Shown: positions 1 to 11,971, counted from the first letter of the stretch. The stretch: DNA of 64,000 nucleotides from an uncultured Caulobacteraceae bacterium (GCA_964242255.1 CAXTCO010000001.1:8539-72538), one strand, 5' to 3'. Numbers and translations are program-made. Notes: generated by a model from the letters alone, not told the origin.

Positions 1-477
1 GACCAGCACGTCGTCGCCGCCGTATTCCCCCCGGCCGAAGCCGCGGTCGGATCCGTCGACGATCTTGGCGACGCGTTCGGACTTCAGGTCGGCGGGGCGC
101 AGGGCGCGCACGATCCCGCCCGTGGTCTGCGAGGGGCCGACCACCATGGCGGGCGACTCGATCATGGGCACGGCCTCCGTCACGCCCGGGATGGCGCGCA
201 GGCGGCTGAGCAGGGCCTCGCGGCCCGGGCCGTTGATGACGGGGCCGGTGACGTAGGCGTGGCCGTTCAGCCCCAGGATGCGGCCGAGGAGCTCGGTGCG
301 GAACCCGCCCATGACGCTCATCACGATGATCAGCGCCGCCACCGCGATGGCGATGGCGCTGAAGGCCAGGAGCGTGATCAGGGCCACGCCCCGCTCGGAG
401 CGCGTGGAGCGCAGGTAGCGCAGCGCCAGCGCCCGCTCCCACGCGGAGAACGGCCGGGCGGGGGCGAGGTCGGTCAT
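1..477 (-). CDS. Lipoprotein-releasing ABC transporter permease, LolC/E (FtsX) family; N-terminal part only, gene runs off window start
   Basis: Open at window edge, so absent from ORF track. Minus-strand ATG at 477 overlaps proS stop (ATGA). My translation [73 protein letters not shown].. shows the N-terminal TM helix plus periplasmic loop typical of LolC/E. proS-lolC/E adjacency is common in alphaproteobacteria. Confidence 0.7.
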   Translation of the reverse strand, partial: MTDLAPARPFSAWERALALRYLRSTRSERGVALITLLAFSAIAIAVAALIIVMSVMGGFRTELLGRILGLNGHAYVTGPVINGPGREALLSRLRAIPGVTEAVPMIESPAMVVGPSQTTGGIVRALRPADLKSERVAKIVDGSDRGFGRGEYGGDDVLV

Positions 478-1805
478 TGCACCAGAACGGGCGCGAGAAT
501 GTTGATCGCTTCGTCCAGCGGACAGGTGCGCTGCTCGCCGGTGGCGCGGGTCTTGAGCTCCACCTCGCCGTTGGCCAGCCCCTTGGGGCCGATGGTCAGG
601 CGGTGGGGCAGGCCGATCAGGTCCATGGTGGCGAACTTGGCGCCGGGGCGCTCGTCGCGGTCGTCGAGCAGGGGGTCGAGGCCGGCGGCGGTGAGGCGGC
701 GGTAGGCGTCCTCGCAGGCGGCGTCGCAGGCGGCGTCGCCGGGGCGCAGGTTGACGATCCCCACGCCGAAGGGAGCCACGCTCTGCGGCCACACGATGCC
801 CGCCTCGTCGTGGCTGGCCTCGATGATGGCGCCGAGCAGGCGCGAGACGCCCACGCCGTAGCTGCCGCCGTGGATGGCGCGCTCCTTCCCGTCGGGGTCG
901 CTGACGACGGCGCGCATGGGGCCGGAGTACTTCTCACCGAAGTAGAACACCTGCCCGACCTCGATGCCGCGTGTCTGCAGACGCTGCTCCTCGGGCGTCT
1001 CGGCGAACTTGGCCGCGTCGTGCACGTCCTCGGTCGAGGCGTAGTAGCGGCCGCCCCACTCCTCCACGATGGGGGTGAGGTCGCCGGCGTAGTCCACGTC
1101 GTCGCCGGGGATCGGCAGGTCGAGCACGCGGCGGTCGCAGTAGACGACGCTCTCGCCCGTCTCGGCCAGCACGATGAACTCGTGGCTGAGGTCGCCGCCG
1201 ATGGGGCCGGTCTCGGCGCGCATGGGGATGGCGGTCAGGCCCATGCGGTGGAAGGTGCGCAGGTAGGCCACGAACATGCGCTGGTAGCTGCGGCGCGCGG
1301 CCGCCTCGTCCACGTCGAAGCTGTAGGCGTCCTTCATCAGGAACTCGCGGCCGCGCATCACGCCGAAGCGGGGGCGCTGCTCGTCGCGGAACTTCCACTG
1401 GATGTGGTAGAGGTTCTTGGGCAGGTCCTTGTAGCTCTTCACGCTGGCGCGGAAGATCTCGGTGACCATCTCCTCGTTGGTGGGGCCGTAGAGCAGCTCG
1501 CGCTCGTGGCGGTCGGTGATGCGCAGCATCTCGGGGCCGTAGGCGTCGTAGCGGCCGCTCTCGCGCCACAGGTCGGCGAGCTGCAGGGTGGGCATCAGGC
1601 ACTCGACGGCGCCGGCGCGGTCCATCTCCTCGCGCACGATGGCTTCGACCTTCTTGAGCACGCGCAGGCCCAGCGGCAGCCAAGCGTAGATGCCGGCGGC
1701 CTCCTGGCGGATCATGCCGGCGCGCAGCATCAGGCGGTGGCTGACGATCTGCGCCTCGCTGGGCGTCTCCTTCAGCACGGGCAGGAAGTAGCGCGACAGG
1801 CGCAT
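474..1805 (-). CDS. proS: Prolyl-tRNA synthetase (short alphaproteobacterial type)
   Basis: 443-aa ORF with class II aaRS signature segments ([48 protein letters not shown]). Confidence 0.95.
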   Translation of the reverse strand: MRLSRYFLPVLKETPSEAQIVSHRLMLRAGMIRQEAAGIYAWLPLGLRVLKKVEAIVREEMDRAGAVECLMPTLQLADLWRESGRYDAYGPEMLRITDRHERELLYGPTNEEMVTEIFRASVKSYKDLPKNLYHIQWKFRDEQRPRFGVMRGREFLMKDAYSFDVDEAAARRSYQRMFVAYLRTFHRMGLTAIPMRAETGPIGGDLSHEFIVLAETGESVVYCDRRVLDLPIPGDDVDYAGDLTPIVEEWGGRYYASTEDVHDAAKFAETPEEQRLQTRGIEVGQVFYFGEKYSGPMRAVVSDPDGKERAIHGGSYGVGVSRLLGAIIEASHDEAGIVWPQSVAPFGVGIVNLRPGDAACDAACEDAYRRLTAAGLDPLLDDRDERPGAKFATMDLIGLPHRLTIGPKGLANGEVELKTRATGEQRTCPLDEAINILAPVLVQ

Positions 1806-1873
1806 GGGCGGGGCGTCTCGGTGGCGGGGCGGAGGGGCGGAGGGGCGGTGTTAGCGGCGGGGCCGCCGCGGCG

Positions 1874-2131
1874 CTAGCGGGTGGGCAGCGTCGGCACCGG
1901 CACGAGGTGGAAGGTCAGCGCCGCCCAGCCGAGCCCCCAGGCGACGGCGGCCACCCAGGTGGTGGTGATGAACTTGCGCTTGAGGTTCGGGACCACGGGC
2001 GAGGCCGGGTCCCCTCCCCCCGGCACGGGCACGCCCGCGTCGTGGTGGCTCTTCGCGCCGAGCGGCAGGACGGCGAACAGCACCGTCCACCACACGACGA
2101 GGTAGGTCGAGATCGCGAACACCGGGTCCAT
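1874..2131 (-). CDS. DUF1467 family small membrane protein
   Basis: 85-aa ORF with two hydrophobic helices. YLVVWWTVLFAVLPLG motif as in DUF1467. Conserved neighbour of proS/mce in alphaproteobacteria. Confidence 0.7.
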   Translation of the reverse strand: MDPVFAISTYLVVWWTVLFAVLPLGAKSHHDAGVPVPGGGDPASPVVPNLKRKFITTTWVAAVAWGLGWAALTFHLVPVPTLPTR

Positions 2132-2152
2132 GGCGGCGTAGCCTAGGCCGGG

Positions 2153-2575
2153 CTAGTGGCCGTCCTTGGGCGCTTCCATCAGCTCCACCAAGACGCCGCC
2201 TGTCGATTTGGGGTGCAGGAACAGGATCGGCGTGCCGTGCGCGCCGATGCGCGGCTCGCCGGAGCCGATCACCCGGGCGCCGCGGGAGACGAGCTCGTCG
2301 CGGGCGGCGAGGATGTCGTCCACCTCGAAGCAGACGTGGTGCTGGCCGCCCGCCGGGTTCTTGGCGAGGAAACCGGCGACGGGGCTCTTGTCGTCGATGG
2401 GCTGGATCAGCTCGATCTCGCTGTTGGGAAGCGAGACGAAGGCGACGTGCACGCCCTGCTCGGCGAGGGTGCGCGTCTCGGTGATGCGCATGGCGCCGAA
2501 CAGGTCACGGTACATGGAGGCGCTCGCCGCGAGGTCAGGCGTGGCCACCCCGACGTGGTTCAGGCGGCCGATCAC
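2153..2575 (-). CDS. mce: Methylmalonyl-CoA epimerase (VOC/glyoxalase fold)
   Basis: Last 140 codons of ORF 2153..3487. GTG at 2575 overlaps RNase J stop (GTGA). LNHVGVA, IELIQP, GGQHHVCFEVDDI and HPKSTGGVLVELME match the epimerase signature. Confidence 0.85.
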   Translation of the reverse strand: MIGRLNHVGVATPDLAASASMYRDLFGAMRITETRTLAEQGVHVAFVSLPNSEIELIQPIDDKSPVAGFLAKNPAGGQHHVCFEVDDILAARDELVSRGARVIGSGEPRIGAHGTPILFLHPKSTGGVLVELMEAPKDGH

Positions 2576-4311
2576 GCGCGCGTCCTGGTCACCAGCGTCT
2601 CCACCGCCGGGCGGCGGTCCCAAATGCGCTGCGCCGAGCGCTTGAGCGCGCGGCCGACGGCCTGCTCCACGGCGCGGTCGTCGTCGCGGGCGTCGCCCTT
2701 GAGCGCGCCCACGGCGTCCTCCGCGTCCTCCGCGAGGTCTTCCAGCGCCTCGGCGAGCGGGTACTCCTCGTCGCCCGGCAGGCCGATCGCCTTGACGGTG
2801 ATCTCGGCCGCGAGCTTGCCGCGCTTGTCGAGCGTGACCGCCACCATCAGCGCGCCGTTGGCGGCCACGTGGCGGCGTTCGCGGATCTGGGTGGAGTTGG
2901 CCGGCGTCAGCACGCCGCCGTCGACGTAGAGGACGCCGGAGGGCACCTCGTCCACCACCTCGGCGCGGCCGGGGGCGATGCGCACCATGTCGCCGTTGCG
3001 GGCGGCGATGGCCTGGCCGACCTGCATCTCGCGCGCGAGGGCGGCGTGCTCGAGGGAGTGGCGCCGCTCGCCGTGGGTGGGCAGCGCGATCTCCGGGCGC
3101 ACCCACTGGTACATCCGCCGCAGCTCGTCGCGGCAGGGGTGGCCGCTGACGTGGATGCCCGGGTGCTCCTTCTCGGTGTGCAAGCGCACGCCGCGGTCGC
3201 TCAGGCGGTTCTGCATGGAGCGGATGGCGTTCTCGTTGCCGGGGATCTGACGGCTGGAGAAGACCACGTGGTCGCCCTTGCCCATGTTCACGTGGTGGTG
3301 GCTGCCGTCGGCGATGCGGCTGAGGGCGGCGCGCGGCTCGCCCTGGCTGCCGGTGCACAGGTACAGCACCTTGTCGTCGGGGAAGTAGCCGGCCTCCGCG
3401 TCGCCCACGAAGTCCTGCACGCCTTTCAGCAGGCCCACGCTGCGGGCGGCGGCGGCCATGCGGTGCATGGAGCGGCCCAGCAGGCACACGCGGCGGTCGT
3501 TGGCCTCGGCGGCGCGGATCACGCTGTCCATCCGCGCCACGTTGGAGGCGAAGCAGCCGACGGCGATCTTGCCGCGCAGCTCGCCGATCAGCTTGGTCAT
3601 GGCGGTGCGGACGGTGGCCTCGCTGCCGGCCACGCCGTCGACGAACACGTTGGTGCTGTCGCAGGTCATGGCCAAGACGCCCTCGTCGCCGAGGCGGCTG
3701 AGGGCGGCCACGTCGGTGAGGCCGCCGGTGATCGGGTCCTCGTCGAGCTTCCAGTCGCCCGTGTGCAGCACCACGCCCAGCGGGGTGCGGATCGCCAAGG
3801 CGTTCGGCTCAGGGGTGGAGTGCGTCATGGTGACGAGGTCGACGGTGAACGGGCCGAGCCGCACCTGGCCCCCAAGGGGCACCTCGTTGATCTTCACCTT
3901 GTCCAGGAGGTCCGCCTCGCGCAGCTTCTCGCGCACCAGGAAGGCGGTGAAGGGCGTGCAGTAGACGGGCGCCTTCAGGCGCGGCCACAGCCAGGCGAGG
4001 CCGCCGATGTGGTCCTCGTGGGCGTGGGTCAGCACGATGCCGAGCAGGTTGTGGTGCTCGTCGGCGATGTAGGTCGGGTCGGGAACGATGATGTCCACGC
4101 CGGGCGTGGTCACGTCGCCGAAGGTGACGCCGAGGTCCACGGCCAGCCACTTGCGGTCGTGCTCGGGGCCGTAGCCGTAGAGGTTGAAGTTCATCCCGAT
4201 CTCGTTCGACCCGCCCAGCGGCAGGAAGACGAGTTCGTCCCCGGACTTGGGCTTGGGATCGGGGGTCGGTTGGGGCGCGGGGCCGGCCCGCGTCGCGTGT
4301 GTGTCGGTCAT
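2572..4311 (-). CDS. rnj: Ribonuclease J (metallo-beta-lactamase / beta-CASP)
   Basis: 579-aa ORF. HAHEDHIGG metallo-beta-lactamase motif and beta-CASP-length body. Synteny with coaX/birA. Confidence 0.9.
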   Translation of the reverse strand: MTDTHATRAGPAPQPTPDPKPKSGDELVFLPLGGSNEIGMNFNLYGYGPEHDRKWLAVDLGVTFGDVTTPGVDIIVPDPTYIADEHHNLLGIVLTHAHEDHIGGLAWLWPRLKAPVYCTPFTAFLVREKLREADLLDKVKINEVPLGGQVRLGPFTVDLVTMTHSTPEPNALAIRTPLGVVLHTGDWKLDEDPITGGLTDVAALSRLGDEGVLAMTCDSTNVFVDGVAGSEATVRTAMTKLIGELRGKIAVGCFASNVARMDSVIRAAEANDRRVCLLGRSMHRMAAAARSVGLLKGVQDFVGDAEAGYFPDDKVLYLCTGSQGEPRAALSRIADGSHHHVNMGKGDHVVFSSRQIPGNENAIRSMQNRLSDRGVRLHTEKEHPGIHVSGHPCRDELRRMYQWVRPEIALPTHGERRHSLEHAALAREMQVGQAIAARNGDMVRIAPGRAEVVDEVPSGVLYVDGGVLTPANSTQIRERRHVAANGALMVAVTLDKRGKLAAEITVKAIGLPGDEEYPLAEALEDLAEDAEDAVGALKGDARDDDRAVEQAVGRALKRSAQRIWDRRPAVETLVTRTRA

Positions 4312-5094
4312 TCAGCTCGTCAGATGGGCGTTGCGGCGATGGATTTCGAGGAGTCCGCGCAGGGTCAGGTCGGGGTCGAACCGGTCGATGGCGTGCGTCG
4401 CGCCTTCGAACAAGCTGGCGACGCCGCCGGTGCCGATCACCGTCATCGGCTTGGCCCACTCCGCCTTGATGCGCGCCACGAGGCCTTCGATCAGCCCGAT
4501 GTAGCCCCAGAAGACGCCGCTCTGCATGGCGCTGACGGTGTCGTGGCCGATGGCGCGGTTGCGCTCGGGGCGCTGGATGGCGACGCGGGGCAGCTTGGCG
4601 GCCGCCTCGTGCAGGGCCTGCATGGAGAGGTTGATGCCGGGCGCGATCACGCCGCCCTCGAACCCGCCGTCGGCGGCGACCACGTCGAAGGTGGTGGCGG
4701 TGCCGCTGTCGATCACCAGCAGGTCGCCGGGATAGGCGAGGTGGGCGCCCAGGGCGTTGACGAGCCGGTCGGCTCCGGCCTCGCGAGGTTTCTCGATGCG
4801 CACGGGCACGCCCAGGTCGATGTTCTCGCCCACCACCATGGGCTCGGTGTGCAGGTAGCGGCGGGCCAGGTTGCGCAGGTTGAAGATCGACTGCGGCACC
4901 ACGCTGGAGATGACGCAGGCGGTCAGCACCCCCATGGTCAGGCCGGCCATGGACAGCAGCTGAGACAGCCAGACGGCGTACTCGTCGGCGGTGCGCGTGC
5001 TCTCGGTGGCGGTGCGCCACTGGGCGATCCACGCGCTCCCGTCGTGGACGGCGAAGAGGGTGTTGGTGTTGCCCTGCTCGACGGCCAGCAGCAT
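4312..5094 (-). CDS. coaX: Type III pantothenate kinase
   Basis: Last 260 codons of ORF 4312..5574, starting [12 protein letters not shown] (ATG 5094, shares one base with birA stop). Motifs [22 protein letters not shown]. Confidence 0.9.
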   Translation of the reverse strand: MLLAVEQGNTNTLFAVHDGSAWIAQWRTATESTRTADEYAVWLSQLLSMAGLTMGVLTACVISSVVPQSIFNLRNLARRYLHTEPMVVGENIDLGVPVRIEKPREAGADRLVNALGAHLAYPGDLLVIDSGTATTFDVVAADGGFEGGVIAPGINLSMQALHEAAAKLPRVAIQRPERNRAIGHDTVSAMQSGVFWGYIGLIEGLVARIKAEWAKPMTVIGTGGVASLFEGATHAIDRFDPDLTLRGLLEIHRRNAHLTS

Positions 5095-5870
5095 CAGGCC
5101 GCCCCCCTGACGGGCCGGACCGCGGAGGCGCCGAGCGGGAACACGTCGCCCGCGGTGATGCGGCGCACGGAGCCGTCGTCGAGCCTCAGGCGCAGGGCGC
5201 CGTCGCCGTCCAGCGCCTCGGCCACGCCTTCGAGCGTCTCGGACGCCAGGCGCGCGGCGACGCGGCCGCCCAGCTCGGCGCGGGCGCTCCAGGCGTCGGC
5301 CACGGCGGGGAAGCCGGCGGCGTCCCACACGCCGCTCCAGCGGGCGAAGGAGTCGGCCAGCACCGCGACGGCCTCCGCCGGCGTCGGAGGTCGCGTCAGC
5401 TCCGGGCGCAGGTGGTCGGCCAGGGCGGCGGCCGGGCGCTCGGTCCCGGCGGGCGCATGGGCGAGGTTCACGCCGACGCCCACCGCCAGCCACAGGCCGC
5501 CCCCCGCGTGCGGGCCGGACTCGATCAGCACGCCGGAGACCTTGTCCCCCGCCACGAGCACATCGTTGGGCCACTTCAGCCGCACCTGCGCCTCGGGAAC
5601 GTAGCGCGAGGCGAGGTCCGCCACGACCAGGGCGGTGACGAAGGAAGCCTGCGCCGCTTCCGCCGCCGGGCGGCGCGTCGTGGTGAGCAGGGTGGCGGCG
5701 AGGTTTCCGCGCTCCGTCGACCAGGCGCGCCCGCGCCGGCCGCGGCCGGCGGTCTGCACGCCGGCGGTGATCCAGAGCGGCCCCGCCTCCCCCGCCTCCG
5801 CGCGGCGGCGCGCCTCGGCGTTGGTGGAGTCGAGGCTGTCGAACGCCAGGACGGACGGCGTCGTGCTCAG
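5094..5870 (-). CDS. birA: Biotin-[acetyl-CoA-carboxylase] ligase (catalytic core, no N-terminal HTH); start uncertain
   Basis: C-terminal part of ORF 5094..6641: [37 protein letters not shown]. No ATG/GTG near the expected 5' end. CTG at 5870 overlapping the nuoN stop is the only candidate seen. Confidence 0.75.
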   Translation of the reverse strand: MSTTPSVLAFDSLDSTNAEARRRAEAGEAGPLWITAGVQTAGRGRRGRAWSTERGNLAATLLTTTRRPAAEAAQASFVTALVVADLASRYVPEAQVRLKWPNDVLVAGDKVSGVLIESGPHAGGGLWLAVGVGVNLAHAPAGTERPAAALADHLRPELTRPPTPAEAVAVLADSFARWSGVWDAAGFPAVADAWSARAELGGRVAARLASETLEGVAEALDGDGALRLRLDDGSVRRITAGDVFPLGASAVRPVRGAA

Positions 5871-7306
5871 GGGTGCAGGCCGGCGAAGGCGCGGCTGGCG
5901 AGCTGGGCGGCCGGCTGCAGCACCGCCAACGCGGGGATCACGACCGGGAAGGCGAACAGGCCCGCCGCGTAGGCCACGCCCTTGGCCTCGATCGGCCCCG
6001 GGTCCACCGGACCTGCGGGGGCGTCGAACCACATCGTCTTGATCAGGCGCAGGTAGTAGAAGGCCGCCACCACGCTGAGCACGAGGGCGAACACGGCGGG
6101 GCCCGTCTCCCCCGCGGCGATGGCCGCCTTGAACACGAACACCTTGGACCAGAAGCCGGAGAACGGAGGCAGGCCCAGCACGCTCAACGACAGCGCGGTG
6201 AGCGTCAGCGCGATGCCCGGGTGCGTCTTGATCAGGCCGGCGAAGTCCTCCAGCCGCTCGATGGGCTTGCCGTCGCGCTTCAGCGCCTCCAGGCAGGCGA
6301 AGAAGCCGGTGATGTCGATCATGTAGAGGGTCATGAACACCAGCATGCCCTCCACCCCCTGCTGCGTGCCCGCCGACAGGCCGACCAGGGCGTATCCGAT
6401 GTTGGCTATGGAGCTGTAGGCCAAGAGGCGCTTCAGGTTGCGCTGCACGACGCCCGCGACCGCCCCCACCACCACCGACATCAGGGCGATGGCCACCAGC
6501 ACCTGCGCCCACTGCTGGGTCGCGGTCGGGAACCCCTGCCCAAGGGCGCGGGCGAACAGCACCATGGCGGCGAGCTTCGGCGCGGCGGCGATGTAGGCCA
6601 CCACCGGCGTCGGCGCGCCCTCGTAGACGTCGGGCGTCCACATGTGGAACGGCGCGGCCGAGACCTTGAAGGCCAGCCCGCAGATCAGGAACACCAGCCC
6701 GAAGATCACGCCCGTGCCGTGCGCCTGCGCCACCGCCTCAGCGATCTGCGGGAACCGCACCGAGCCGGCGAAGCCGTAGATCAGCGACGCGCCGTAAAGC
6801 AGCAGGCCCGAGCTCAGCGAGCCGAGCAGGAAATACTTCAGCCCCGCCTCCGACGCTTTGCCGTCGTCACGACGAAAGGCGGTGAGCACGTAGGTGGCCA
6901 GGCTGAACAGCTCCACGCCCACGTAGAGCGAGATCAGGTCGCCCGCCGACGCCATAACGCCGAGCCCCAGCGTCGAGAGCACGATCAGCACCGGATACTC
7001 GAAGCGCGAGTTGTTCATGCGCCCGAGCCACGGGTCGCCCAGCACGATGGCGATCGCGCTCACGAGGTAGATCAGCACCTTGGCGTAGCGGGAGAGCCCG
7101 TCGGCGACGAACCCGCCTGCGAACGCCGTGCCGAACGGCGCCAGCGCCGCCGCCGCCGCCGCCGCGCACAGGGCCACGCCCGCGCCGGCGGAGACGAAGC
7201 GCGTCGCCTTGTCCCCCGCGAAGGCGCCGAAGGCCAGCAGACCCAGCGCCGACAGCGCCAGGATGATCTCGGGAAGCGCGATCTGCAGCGCGCCGGTGAG
7301 GTCCAT
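5867..7306 (-). CDS. nuoN: NADH-quinone oxidoreductase subunit N
   Basis: ATG 7306 ([14 protein letters not shown]). 479-aa polytopic ND2/NuoN-type protein. Last gene of nuo operon. Confidence 0.93.
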   Translation of the reverse strand: MDLTGALQIALPEIILALSALGLLAFGAFAGDKATRFVSAGAGVALCAAAAAAALAPFGTAFAGGFVADGLSRYAKVLIYLVSAIAIVLGDPWLGRMNNSRFEYPVLIVLSTLGLGVMASAGDLISLYVGVELFSLATYVLTAFRRDDGKASEAGLKYFLLGSLSSGLLLYGASLIYGFAGSVRFPQIAEAVAQAHGTGVIFGLVFLICGLAFKVSAAPFHMWTPDVYEGAPTPVVAYIAAAPKLAAMVLFARALGQGFPTATQQWAQVLVAIALMSVVVGAVAGVVQRNLKRLLAYSSIANIGYALVGLSAGTQQGVEGMLVFMTLYMIDITGFFACLEALKRDGKPIERLEDFAGLIKTHPGIALTLTALSLSVLGLPPFSGFWSKVFVFKAAIAAGETGPAVFALVLSVVAAFYYLRLIKTMWFDAPAGPVDPGPIEAKGVAYAAGLFAFPVVIPALAVLQPAAQLASRAFAGLHP

Positions 7307-7308
7307 CG

Positions 7309-8811
7309 TCAGTGCGTCCCCGCGCCGGCGCCGGAGCGCCAGGCGTCGACCAGCCGGCCCACGGAGGCGGCGGTCACGTCGGTGATCAGGTGGGGGTAGA
7401 CGCCCAGCACGAGGGTGCCCACGACGAGGGGCGCGAAGATCACCCACTCGCGCCCGTCCATGTCGGTGATGGCGGCCAGCGCCGGGTTGACCATCTCGCC
7501 GAGCGTCACGCGGCGGTAGAGCGAGAGAGCGTAGACCGCCGACAGGATCACGCCCGTGCAGGCGATCAGCGCCGTCATGGTCGAGGCCCCGTAGACGCCC
7601 ACCATGGTCAGCATCTCGCCGATGAAGCCGGATGTGCCGGGCAGGCCCACGTTGCCCATGGTGAAGAGCAGGAACACGGCCGCGTAGACCGGCATTCGGT
7701 TCACCAGCCCGCCGTAGAAGGCGATCTCGCGCGTGTGCATCCGGTCGTAGACCACGCCCACGCACAGGAACAACGCGCCCGAGATCACCCCGTGGCTCAG
7801 CATCTGATAGAGCGCGCCCTGCTCGCCCTGCAGGTTGCCCGAAAAGATGCCCATGGTGACGAAGCCCATGTGCGCCACCGAGGAGTAGGCGATCAGCTTC
7901 TTGATGTCCGTCTGGCGGAAGGCGACCAGCGAGGCCCAGACGATGGCCGTGACGCTCAGCGCGAACACCAGCGGCTGGAAGGCGTGGCTGGCGTAGGGAA
8001 ACATGGGCACGGAGAAGCGCATGAAGCCGTAGCCGCCGAGCTTCAGCAGCACGCCCGCCAGGATCACGCTGCCGGCGGTCGGCGCCTCAACGTGCGCGTC
8101 GGGCAGCCAGGTGTGCACCGGCCACATGGGCATCTTCACCGCGAAAGAGGCGAAGAAGGCCAGCCACAGGAACAGCTGCAGGTTCGGATCCCAGTGGTGC
8201 GCCAGGAGCGCCGGGATGGAGCTCGTGCCCGCGATGCCCACCATCGCCAGGATGGCCGCCAGCATCAGCACCGAGCCTAAGAGCGTGTAGAGGAAGAACT
8301 TGTATGCCGCGTAGATGCGGTTCTTGCCGCCCCACACCCCGATGATGATGAACATCGGGATCAGGCCGAACTCGAAGAAGATGTAGAAGAGGATCAGGTC
8401 GAGTGCGCAGAAGGTGCCGACCATAAGCGTCTCAAGAACCAGGAAAGCGACGAAATATTCGACCACCCGGTCCTTGATCGTGCTCCAGCTCGCCAGGATG
8501 CAGATCGGCATGAGGAAGGTGGTGAGCAGCACCAGCAGCACGCTGATGCCGTCCACGCCCATGCGGTAGCTCGCGCCCGCGAACCAGGTCTGCGCCTCCT
8601 CGAACTGGAAGCCGGGCTGCGAGGCGTCGAACCGCGCCACCATGACCACGCTCACCGCGAGAGTTGCGAGCGTGGTCACGAGCGCGATCAGCTTGACGTT
8701 GAAGCCGGTGGTGGCCGCGTCCGTGCGGCGCCCGCCCAGCCCGCCGGCCAGAAGCACGGCGGCCGCGCCCACCAGCGGCAGGAAGGTGATGACGGAGAGG
8801 ATGCCGGTCAC
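7309..8811 (-). CDS. nuoM: NADH-quinone oxidoreductase subunit M
   Basis: GTG 8811 ([13 protein letters not shown]) preceded by GGGGGA. 500 aa. [21 protein letters not shown] motif of ND4/NuoM. Confidence 0.93.
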   Translation of the reverse strand: MTGILSVITFLPLVGAAAVLLAGGLGGRRTDAATTGFNVKLIALVTTLATLAVSVVMVARFDASQPGFQFEEAQTWFAGASYRMGVDGISVLLVLLTTFLMPICILASWSTIKDRVVEYFVAFLVLETLMVGTFCALDLILFYIFFEFGLIPMFIIIGVWGGKNRIYAAYKFFLYTLLGSVLMLAAILAMVGIAGTSSIPALLAHHWDPNLQLFLWLAFFASFAVKMPMWPVHTWLPDAHVEAPTAGSVILAGVLLKLGGYGFMRFSVPMFPYASHAFQPLVFALSVTAIVWASLVAFRQTDIKKLIAYSSVAHMGFVTMGIFSGNLQGEQGALYQMLSHGVISGALFLCVGVVYDRMHTREIAFYGGLVNRMPVYAAVFLLFTMGNVGLPGTSGFIGEMLTMVGVYGASTMTALIACTGVILSAVYALSLYRRVTLGEMVNPALAAITDMDGREWVIFAPLVVGTLVLGVYPHLITDVTAASVGRLVDAWRSGAGAGTH

Positions 8812-8825
8812 GCTCGTCCCCCCGC

Positions 8826-10931
8826 TCAGTGCGACCACGCCGTCAGGGCGTAGGTCAGCAGACCCGCAAGCCCCAGCAGCATGACGAAGGCGTAGTGATA
8901 GATCAGTCCGCTCTGGAACCTTCCGAGCACGCCCGCGAACCGCGCCGACAGCCAAGCGAAGCCGTTCGGCCCCAGCTTGTCGATGGTGGCCACGTCGCCG
9001 CGCTTCCACAAAAGGTCGCCGAGCCCGCGCGCGCCGCGCACGAAGGTCGCTTGGTAGAGTTCGTCGAAGAACCACTTGTTGTAGAAGAAGGTGTAGAGCG
9101 GCCCGGCGCGCTCGGCGATGCGCTTGGGCAGGCCGATCTTCCACAGGTAGTAGTAACCTGCGACCAGCGTGCCGAGCACGGCTGCGGCCAGCGGCAGGTT
9201 GGGAACCCAGCTCACGAGGTGTTCGCGCGCCTCCAGCACCCGGTTTCCGGGGCCGGTGAAGATGGAGCCGTTCCAGAACGCGGCCTGATGCTCGCCGATG
9301 AACAGCGGCATGAACACGAAGCCCGAAGCGACCGCCCCGATCGACAGCACGATCAGCGGCGCGAGCATGGGCCACGGGCTCTCGTGCGGCGGGTGGTGCG
9401 CGTCCACGCCGTGGTGGGCGTCGTCGCCATGCGTATCGCCGCTGACGTCCGGCTCCGTATGCGTCTCGTGCTGCGCGCTCGACGCATGGTCGCTGTGCGC
9501 GCCGGCGGGGGCGTGCGGGTCGCCGTGCGCTTCAGCGTGCTCCCAGTGCTTCGGCCCGCTGAAGGTCATGAAGGCGAGGCGCCAGGAGTAGAAGGCCGTC
9601 AGCCCCGCCACCAGGGTGCCGACGATGTAGCCGAAGTAGCCGAGCCCGTTGCCCGCCTGGCCATTGGCGAACGCGGTCTCCAGGATGGCGTCCTTTGAGT
9701 AGAAGCCCGCGAAGCCGCCCAGGCCGGGGATGCCGAGGCCCGTGATTGCGATGTTGCCGATGGTCATGGCCGCGAAGGTGACGGGCAGGAAGCGCGCCAG
9801 CCCGCCCATGCGCCGCATGTCCTGCTCGTGGTGCATGCCATGGATCACCGAGCCGGCGCCCAGGAACAGCAGCGCCTTGAAGAAGGCGTGCGTGAACAGG
9901 TGGAACATGGCCGCCTGATAGGCGCCCACGCCCGCGGCGAAGAACATGTAGCCCAGCTGCGAGCAGGTCGAGTAGGCGATCACCCGCTTGATGTCGTTCT
10001 GCGCCATGCCGACCGTGGCGGCGAACAGCGAGGTCACCGCGCCCACGACGATGATCGCGTTGCGCGCCTGCGGCGCGTGCTCGTAGAGCGGCGACAGCAG
10101 GCAGAGCATGTAGACGCCCGCCGTCACCATGGTCGCCGCGTGGATAAGCGCCGAGACAGGGGTCGGCCCCTCCATGGCGTCGGGCAGCCAGGTGTGCAGG
10201 AAGAACTGCGCCGACTTGCCCATGGCCCCGACCAGCAGCAGCACGCCTGCAAGGTCCAGCGCGCTCCAGGTCCCGCCGGCGAAACTCCAGCTTCGGCCCG
10301 CGTGCGCTGCGATCTGCGGGAACAGGGTGGCGAAGTCGATCGTGCCGAACTGCCAGAACACCGTCATGATGCCGAGGGCGAAGCCGAAGTCGCCCACCCG
10401 GTTGACCACGAAGGCCTTGATCGAGGCGGCGTTGGCCGTCGGCTTCTTGAACCAGAAGCCGATCAGGAGGTAGCTCGCCAGCCCCACGCCCTCCCAGCCG
10501 AAGAACAGCTGCATGAAGTCGGCGGCCGTCACCAGCATCAGCATGGCGAAGGTGAACAGCGACAGGTAGGCGAAGAAGCGCGGCTTGGACGGGTCCTCCG
10601 CCATGTAGCCCCAGGAATACAGGTGCACGAGCGCCGACACCGTCGTCACCACGACCAGCATCACGGCCGACAGCGTGTCGAGCCGCACCGCCCAGGCCGA
10701 CTTGAAGCCGCCCACCTCGATGAACGGCGCCCAGCGGATCACGTGGCGCCCCACCCAGGCTCCGTCCAGGGCCACCTGGGCGAAGGTGAACCAGGCCAGG
10801 GCGCAGGACAGGAACAGCAGGCCCGTGGTCACGGCCATGGAGGGGACGTCGCCGATGCGGCGGCCGAACAGGCCGGCCACGGCCGCGCCGAACAGCGGGC
10901 CGAACACCAGGAGCGCGAGGGTGAGCGTCAC
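8826..10931 (-). CDS. nuoL: NADH-quinone oxidoreductase subunit L
   Basis: 701-aa [20 protein letters not shown] and [24 protein letters not shown] (ND5/NuoL). Carries a His/Asp-rich insert of ~55 aa. Confidence 0.95.
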   Translation of the reverse strand: MTLTLALLVFGPLFGAAVAGLFGRRIGDVPSMAVTTGLLFLSCALAWFTFAQVALDGAWVGRHVIRWAPFIEVGGFKSAWAVRLDTLSAVMLVVVTTVSALVHLYSWGYMAEDPSKPRFFAYLSLFTFAMLMLVTAADFMQLFFGWEGVGLASYLLIGFWFKKPTANAASIKAFVVNRVGDFGFALGIMTVFWQFGTIDFATLFPQIAAHAGRSWSFAGGTWSALDLAGVLLLVGAMGKSAQFFLHTWLPDAMEGPTPVSALIHAATMVTAGVYMLCLLSPLYEHAPQARNAIIVVGAVTSLFAATVGMAQNDIKRVIAYSTCSQLGYMFFAAGVGAYQAAMFHLFTHAFFKALLFLGAGSVIHGMHHEQDMRRMGGLARFLPVTFAAMTIGNIAITGLGIPGLGGFAGFYSKDAILETAFANGQAGNGLGYFGYIVGTLVAGLTAFYSWRLAFMTFSGPKHWEHAEAHGDPHAPAGAHSDHASSAQHETHTEPDVSGDTHGDDAHHGVDAHHPPHESPWPMLAPLIVLSIGAVASGFVFMPLFIGEHQAAFWNGSIFTGPGNRVLEAREHLVSWVPNLPLAAAVLGTLVAGYYYLWKIGLPKRIAERAGPLYTFFYNKWFFDELYQATFVRGARGLGDLLWKRGDVATIDKLGPNGFAWLSARFAGVLGRFQSGLIYHYAFVMLLGLAGLLTYALTAWSH

Positions 10932-10940
10932 GTAAGGTCC

Positions 10941-11255
10941 TCAGCCCTTCATGGTCGCGGCGTCTTCCACCGCGATGTCGCCGCGGTTGCGGAAGAAGGT
11001 CACCAGGATCGCCAAACCCACGGCGGCCTCCGCGGCCGCCACGGTCAGCACGAACATGGCGTAGATCTGTCCCACCACGTCGTGCAGGTAGACGGAGAAC
11101 GCGACCAGGTTGATGTTCACGGCCAGGAGGATCAGCTCGATGGCCATCAGGATGATGATGACATTGCGGCGGTTCACGAAAATGCCGAACACGCCGATGG
11201 TGAACAGCATGGCCGCCACCGTCAGGTAGTGCGAAAGGCCGATGCCGCCGCTCAC
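10941..11255 (-). CDS. nuoK: NADH-quinone oxidoreductase subunit K
   Basis: GTG 11255 overlapping nuoJ stop (GTGA). 104 aa, three TM helices, ND4L-like. Confidence 0.9.
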   Translation of the reverse strand: MSGGIGLSHYLTVAAMLFTIGVFGIFVNRRNVIIILMAIELILLAVNINLVAFSVYLHDVVGQIYAMFVLTVAAAEAAVGLAILVTFFRNRGDIAVEDAATMKG

Positions 11256-11866
11256 AGCGTCACCCCTTCGCCGACCTTCACGTCCTTGTGCACCTGCATG
11301 CCTGTGGCGACCGTGCGCGCAACCTGCTGGCCGACGTTCTGGCGCTTCACGCCGCCGCGGTGGCGCAGGGTCAGCACGATGGCGCCGATCATGGCCACCA
11401 GCAGGATCATGCCGGCCGCCTGGAAGAAGTAAGCGTAGTCCGTGTAGAGCACGCGCCCGATCGCCTCCGTATTGGTCACGCCCGAGGGCGCCGTCGGGCC
11501 GGACTGGATGTGCGTTCCACGCGCCGCGACGGCGCCGGCCACCAGGATCATCTCGGCCAGCAGGAAGGCGGCGACCGCCATGCCCAGCGGCAGGTAGCGC
11601 GCGAAGCCGGCGCGCAAGGATCCGAAGTCGACATCCAGCATCATCACAACGAACAGGAACAACACAGCGACCGCGCCGACGTAGACGACGACCAGCAGCA
11701 TCGCCAGGAACTCGGCGCCCAGGAGCACGAACAGTCCGGCCGCCGTGAAGAAGGTCAGGATCAGGAACAGCACGCTGTGCACGGGGTTGCGCTGCGTCAC
11801 CACGAACGCGGCCGAGGCCACGGTGATCACGCTCAGCACGTAGAAGGCGATGTTCTGGACGCCCAT
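11252..11866 (-). CDS. nuoJ: NADH-quinone oxidoreductase subunit J
   Basis: 204-aa membrane ORF in the canonical operon position between nuoI and nuoK. Confidence 0.9.
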   Translation of the reverse strand: MGVQNIAFYVLSVITVASAAFVVTQRNPVHSVLFLILTFFTAAGLFVLLGAEFLAMLLVVVYVGAVAVLFLFVVMMLDVDFGSLRAGFARYLPLGMAVAAFLLAEMILVAGAVAARGTHIQSGPTAPSGVTNTEAIGRVLYTDYAYFFQAAGMILLVAMIGAIVLTLRHRGGVKRQNVGQQVARTVATGMQVHKDVKVGEGVTL

Positions 11867-11971
11867 GGGCGGAGGCGGTCTCCCTCGCGGCCGCGCGGCC
11901 GCCGGTTAAGAGCGCCCGTCCTAGAGCGCTTGGCGAGGATAGGGAAGCCGGGCGGGGATCCCGCCCCGCGG

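Noticed and set aside
2869-5604. Very long plus-strand ORFs antisense to real genes. Examples: 477..1877, 2869..5604, 13213..15714, 34717..37647, 37617..40115, 48419..50572, 26662..28350.
   Set aside because: Their translations are Arg/Ala/Gly/Pro/His-rich low complexity. They lie exactly opposite genes with clear family motifs and proper third-position GC. These are typical shadow ORFs of a ~70% GC genome.
9380-9545. His/Asp-rich ~55-aa insert in NuoL ([53 protein letters not shown]) as a possible novel metal-binding module.
   Set aside because: As far as I recall, alphaproteobacterial NuoL/Nqo12 proteins commonly carry a variable His-rich loop at this position. It is probably a lineage-typical feature, not an insertion of special interest.
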